Source: an uncultured bacterium
Lineage (GTDB): Bacteria > Bacillota_I > Bacilli_A > RFN20 > CAG-826
Reading direction: 5' to 3'
Assembly: GCA_949297055.1 (NCBI GenBank)
Contig: CASFRI010000039.1
Coordinates: 1-49,769 of the forward strand
DNA length: 49,769 nt
Below, in pieces: positions 46,977 to 49,769 of the stretch. Within the stretch, counting starts at the first letter, position 1. The number at the start of each line of letters is the position of its first letter. Under the pieces are notes generated by a model. The model did no database searches, was not told where the DNA came from, and saw only the letters and a program-made list of their open reading frames with translations. A program made the translations under genes and the position numbers.

Positions 46977-48767
46977 TTAACTTTCTTCACCTTTCGAGGC
47001 AAATTGTGAATTGTATAGATCAGCGTAGAAGCCTTTCTTCTTCATAAGTTCATCGTGATTTCCAGTTTCGATGACATCGCCATCTTTCATCACGATAATT
47101 AAATCGCTATTTTTGATCGTCGATAATCTATGAGCGATGACAAAGGAAGTATGACCATGGGTCAAATTATCCATCGCTTCTTGAATTAATAATTCAGTTC
47201 TTGTATCGACACTAGAAGTAGCTTCATCAAGAATTAACATCGGAGCGGCTTGAATCATTGCTCTAGCGATAGTGAGAAGTTGTTTTTGACCAGCGGAAAG
47301 CGCACTATCTTCGCTTAGATGGAAATTGTATTGATTGGGAAGTTGTTCGATAAACGTATCGCAGTGCGTAAGTTTACACGCTTCTTTAATTTCATCTAAA
47401 GTTGCATCTTGTCGACCAAATTTGAGATTTTCTAAAATTGTTCCTTCAAATAGCCACGTATCTTGTAAGACCATCGCAAAGTTCTTTCTTACGTTTGCGC
47501 GTTTGACTTCTTTCGTCTTCTTACCTTCGATTGCAATGTAGCCATCATTAGTGTCGTAGAAACGCATGAGTAAGTTGACCATCGTCGTCTTTCCCGCCCC
47601 AGTTGGTCCAACGATAGCGACTTTTTGGCCAACTTTCGTCTCCAAGTTAAAATCGTGGATGATAATCTTATCTTGGTTATAACCAAACTTGACATGGGAG
47701 AAAGAGACATTACCGTCCACATCTTTAATTTCTTCAGTTAAATGCGATTCATCGCTTTGTTCTTGTTCACTTAAGAAAGTAAAAACACGAGATGAAGCCG
47801 CGCTCGCGGTTTGTAAGTTCGTCGAAATCGTCGCAATTTGTGAAAGCGGCATGGTAAATTGTTTAGAATAGGTGACGCAAGCGACGATAGTTCCAATCAT
47901 CGACACATCTTTCACCGCTAAAATGCCACCGACGATGCAGATGATAGCAAAGCTTAGGTTACCCATCATAGTCGTAATAGGAAAAGATAAGCCTGAATAG
48001 AATAAGGATTTATAACCATCGTTTTTCAAGTTGTTGTTAATACTATCAAATTTAGCTTTCGCATGGATATCACCTTTGTAGACGCGGATGACGTTAACGG
48101 CGCTATAAACTTCTTCAGCATGACCGTTCATGTCACCTAGATCAAGTTGTTGCTTGACGAAATGAGTTTGTGATTTTTTAACAATTCTTAAAAGTATAAA
48201 TAAAGAGATGGGGACAAAAACGATCGCAATTAATGCCAAGCGCCAATCTAAGATGAGCATCATGATAGCCACACCAAGCAATGTTAAGATGGATGACATC
48301 AAAGTCGTAAGCGATTGATTGAGCGTTTGACCGATAGTGTCAACATCGTTCGTGATAATAGATAATACATCTCCAATTTGACGTGCATCAAAATAAGATA
48401 AAGGAAGGCGATTCATCTTTTTCGACATATCACTTCTTAAAGATTTAGAAGCATCTGCAGTTACTCCAGACATGATGAAAGCACAGCCATAATTGCCAAG
48501 GAATGCTAATAAGTAAGTGATAACACCGACGATGCCTAAATAAGTCACGCGTCCAAAATCGATAGCGACTGGTAAACTAGAAACTTCTGCCTCTTCCACA
48601 GCGATAGTGATCGCTTCGATGAGCATCTTGACGATATAAGGACCAAAAATAGTGAATAATACACCAAATAATGCCAGCAAAACGCCGATAATTAAGCGAA
48701 TGCGATATTTTTTTAAGTAAGCGAGCAACGTAAAGAGAGCATTCGCATTTTTCTTCATCTTAGGCAT
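46977..48767 (-). CDS. Heterodimeric ABC exporter, subunit B (TMD-NBD)
   Basis: GPTGAGKT, LSAGQKQ, ILDEATSSVD, IAHRL; start ATG 48767 after AAGGAGG. Confidence 0.93.
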   Translation of the reverse strand: MPKMKKNANALFTLLAYLKKYRIRLIIGVLLALFGVLFTIFGPYIVKMLIEAITIAVEEAEVSSLPVAIDFGRVTYLGIVGVITYLLAFLGNYGCAFIMSGVTADASKSLRSDMSKKMNRLPLSYFDARQIGDVLSIITNDVDTIGQTLNQSLTTLMSSILTLLGVAIMMLILDWRLALIAIVFVPISLFILLRIVKKSQTHFVKQQLDLGDMNGHAEEVYSAVNVIRVYKGDIHAKAKFDSINNNLKNDGYKSLFYSGLSFPITTMMGNLSFAIICIVGGILAVKDVSMIGTIVACVTYSKQFTMPLSQIATISTNLQTASAASSRVFTFLSEQEQSDESHLTEEIKDVDGNVSFSHVKFGYNQDKIIIHDFNLETKVGQKVAIVGPTGAGKTTMVNLLMRFYDTNDGYIAIEGKKTKEVKRANVRKNFAMVLQDTWLFEGTILENLKFGRQDATLDEIKEACKLTHCDTFIEQLPNQYNFHLSEDSALSAGQKQLLTIARAMIQAAPMLILDEATSSVDTRTELLIQEAMDNLTHGHTSFVIAHRLSTIKNSDLIIVMKDGDVIETGNHDELMKKKGFYADLYNSQFASKGEES

Positions 48768-49769
48768 TAGCGAGTTCCTCCTTACTAAGTTGCGAATAAG
48801 CAATATCTTGATAGACTGGGCAATTTTTCATCAGTTCTTTATGCGTACCATGACCCACGACTTTGCCTTCGTCTAAAACGATAATTTGATCAGCGTCTAA
48901 AATCGTTCCAATTCTTTGTGCGACTAAGATGGAAGTCGCTCCTTTAATTTTATTTTTTAGTTCCGCTCGTAAGACTTTATCGGTCTTATAATCAAGAGCG
49001 CTGAAGGAATCATCAAATATGTAAATCTCTGGTTTTTTAACAATTGCCCTAGCAATCTGTAGACGTTGTCTTTGTCCACCTGAAACGTTTTTCCCACCTT
49101 GTGAAATTTGATAATTTTCCTGGTTAGGTAACTTAGCGACAAATTCGCTTGCTTGAGCAATATCTAAGGCTTCCTTAAATTCTTCATCGCTCGCATCAGG
49201 CTTACCATAGCACACATTAAACCTAAGCGAACCAGAGAATAAAACACCTTTTTGTGGGACGTAACCTAATCTATCAAATAAATCGTAGAATTTATAATCT
49301 TTGACGTTTCTTCCATCCACTAAAACTTCGCCACTTGTGGCATCATAGAACCTTGGAATTAAATTGATCAAAGTCGTCTTACCTGAACCTGTCGCCCCGA
49401 TGAAAGCGACCGTTTCACCTTTCTTAGCCTTAAAGCTAACGTGATCTAAGACTGGTTTTTCTGCACCAGGATAAGTAAAACTTACATCTTTAAATTCGAC
49501 CGTTCCCACTTCTAAACCATCTAATTTATCGTTCTTACCTTCGATGATGGAGTTGTTCGTCTTTAAAATTTCATTGATACGTTTCGCACAGACGATGGCT
49601 CTTGGCATGATGACAAGTAAGATGGCTACGACTAAGAAGCCCACTAATACTTGTGTAGCATATTGCGTAAAGGCGGTCATCTCAGGAAGTTCTAACGTAT
49701 CACCTTGGATGAGATAAGAACCGACCCATACGATAGCGACGCTTAAAAAACCCATGATTAGATTCATAA
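48760..49769 (-). CDS. Heterodimeric ABC exporter, subunit A (partial; runs off the right edge)
   Basis: GATGSGKT, VSGGQRQR, degenerate Walker B IFDDSFSALD and switch VAQR, as in TM287/EfrA-type subunits. Confidence 0.92.
   Translation of the reverse strand, partial: MNLIMGFLSVAIVWVGSYLIQGDTLELPEMTAFTQYATQVLVGFLVVAILLVIMPRAIVCAKRINEILKTNNSIIEGKNDKLDGLEVGTVEFKDVSFTYPGAEKPVLDHVSFKAKKGETVAFIGATGSGKTTLINLIPRFYDATSGEVLVDGRNVKDYKFYDLFDRLGYVPQKGVLFSGSLRFNVCYGKPDASDEEFKEALDIAQASEFVAKLPNQENYQISQGGKNVSGGQRQRLQIARAIVKKPEIYIFDDSFSALDYKTDKVLRAELKNKIKGATSILVAQRIGTILDADQIIVLDEGKVVGHGTHKELMKNCPVYQDIAYSQLSKEELANA

Noticed and set aside
1-49769. CRISPR array, rRNA or prophage
   Set aside because: No regularly spaced repeats, rRNA-like tracts or phage structural genes noticed
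1-49769. Genetic code 4 (UGA=Trp), suggested by Mollicute-like traits
   Set aside because: Conserved genes are full length under code 11 and truB ends at TGA

Overview
Chromosomal window from a low-GC bacterium using genetic code 11. Gene content and protein style suggest an uncultured, reduced Bacilli lineage (inference). The left part holds the conserved rimP-nusA-ylxR-ylxQ-infB-rbfA / truB-ribF-rpsO-pnp-rnjB region. It is interrupted by a ttcA-like gene on the opposite strand and by two exported endonuclease-I (His-Me finger) nucleases on either side of pnp. Next come cls with a HEPN-CBS fusion, an Ig-repeat M6 protease lipoprotein, an aldehyde dehydrogenase, fba, a DUF3578-DUF3883 modification-dependent nuclease, a GT2 and an mntP-like gene with a Fur-type box. 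About 26.2-38.3 kb is a defence island at the 3' end of tRNA-Thr(GGT). It carries an XRE HTH, a MORC/GHKL ATPase, a Z1 helicase-like protein, DUF4420, AIPR and an M.SssI-like C5 methyltransferase (an Mza-like operon with no MzaA), a DUF262-HNH (GmrSD-like) gene, an unannotated serine recombinase C-terminal remnant and an IS fragment. The right part encodes rimO, malQ, a YwaF-like membrane protein, a degenerate galactokinase-like protein, lipoprotein and membrane genes, and a heterodimeric ABC exporter. No CRISPR array or rRNA was seen. All family assignments come from recognising motifs by eye, with no database search.
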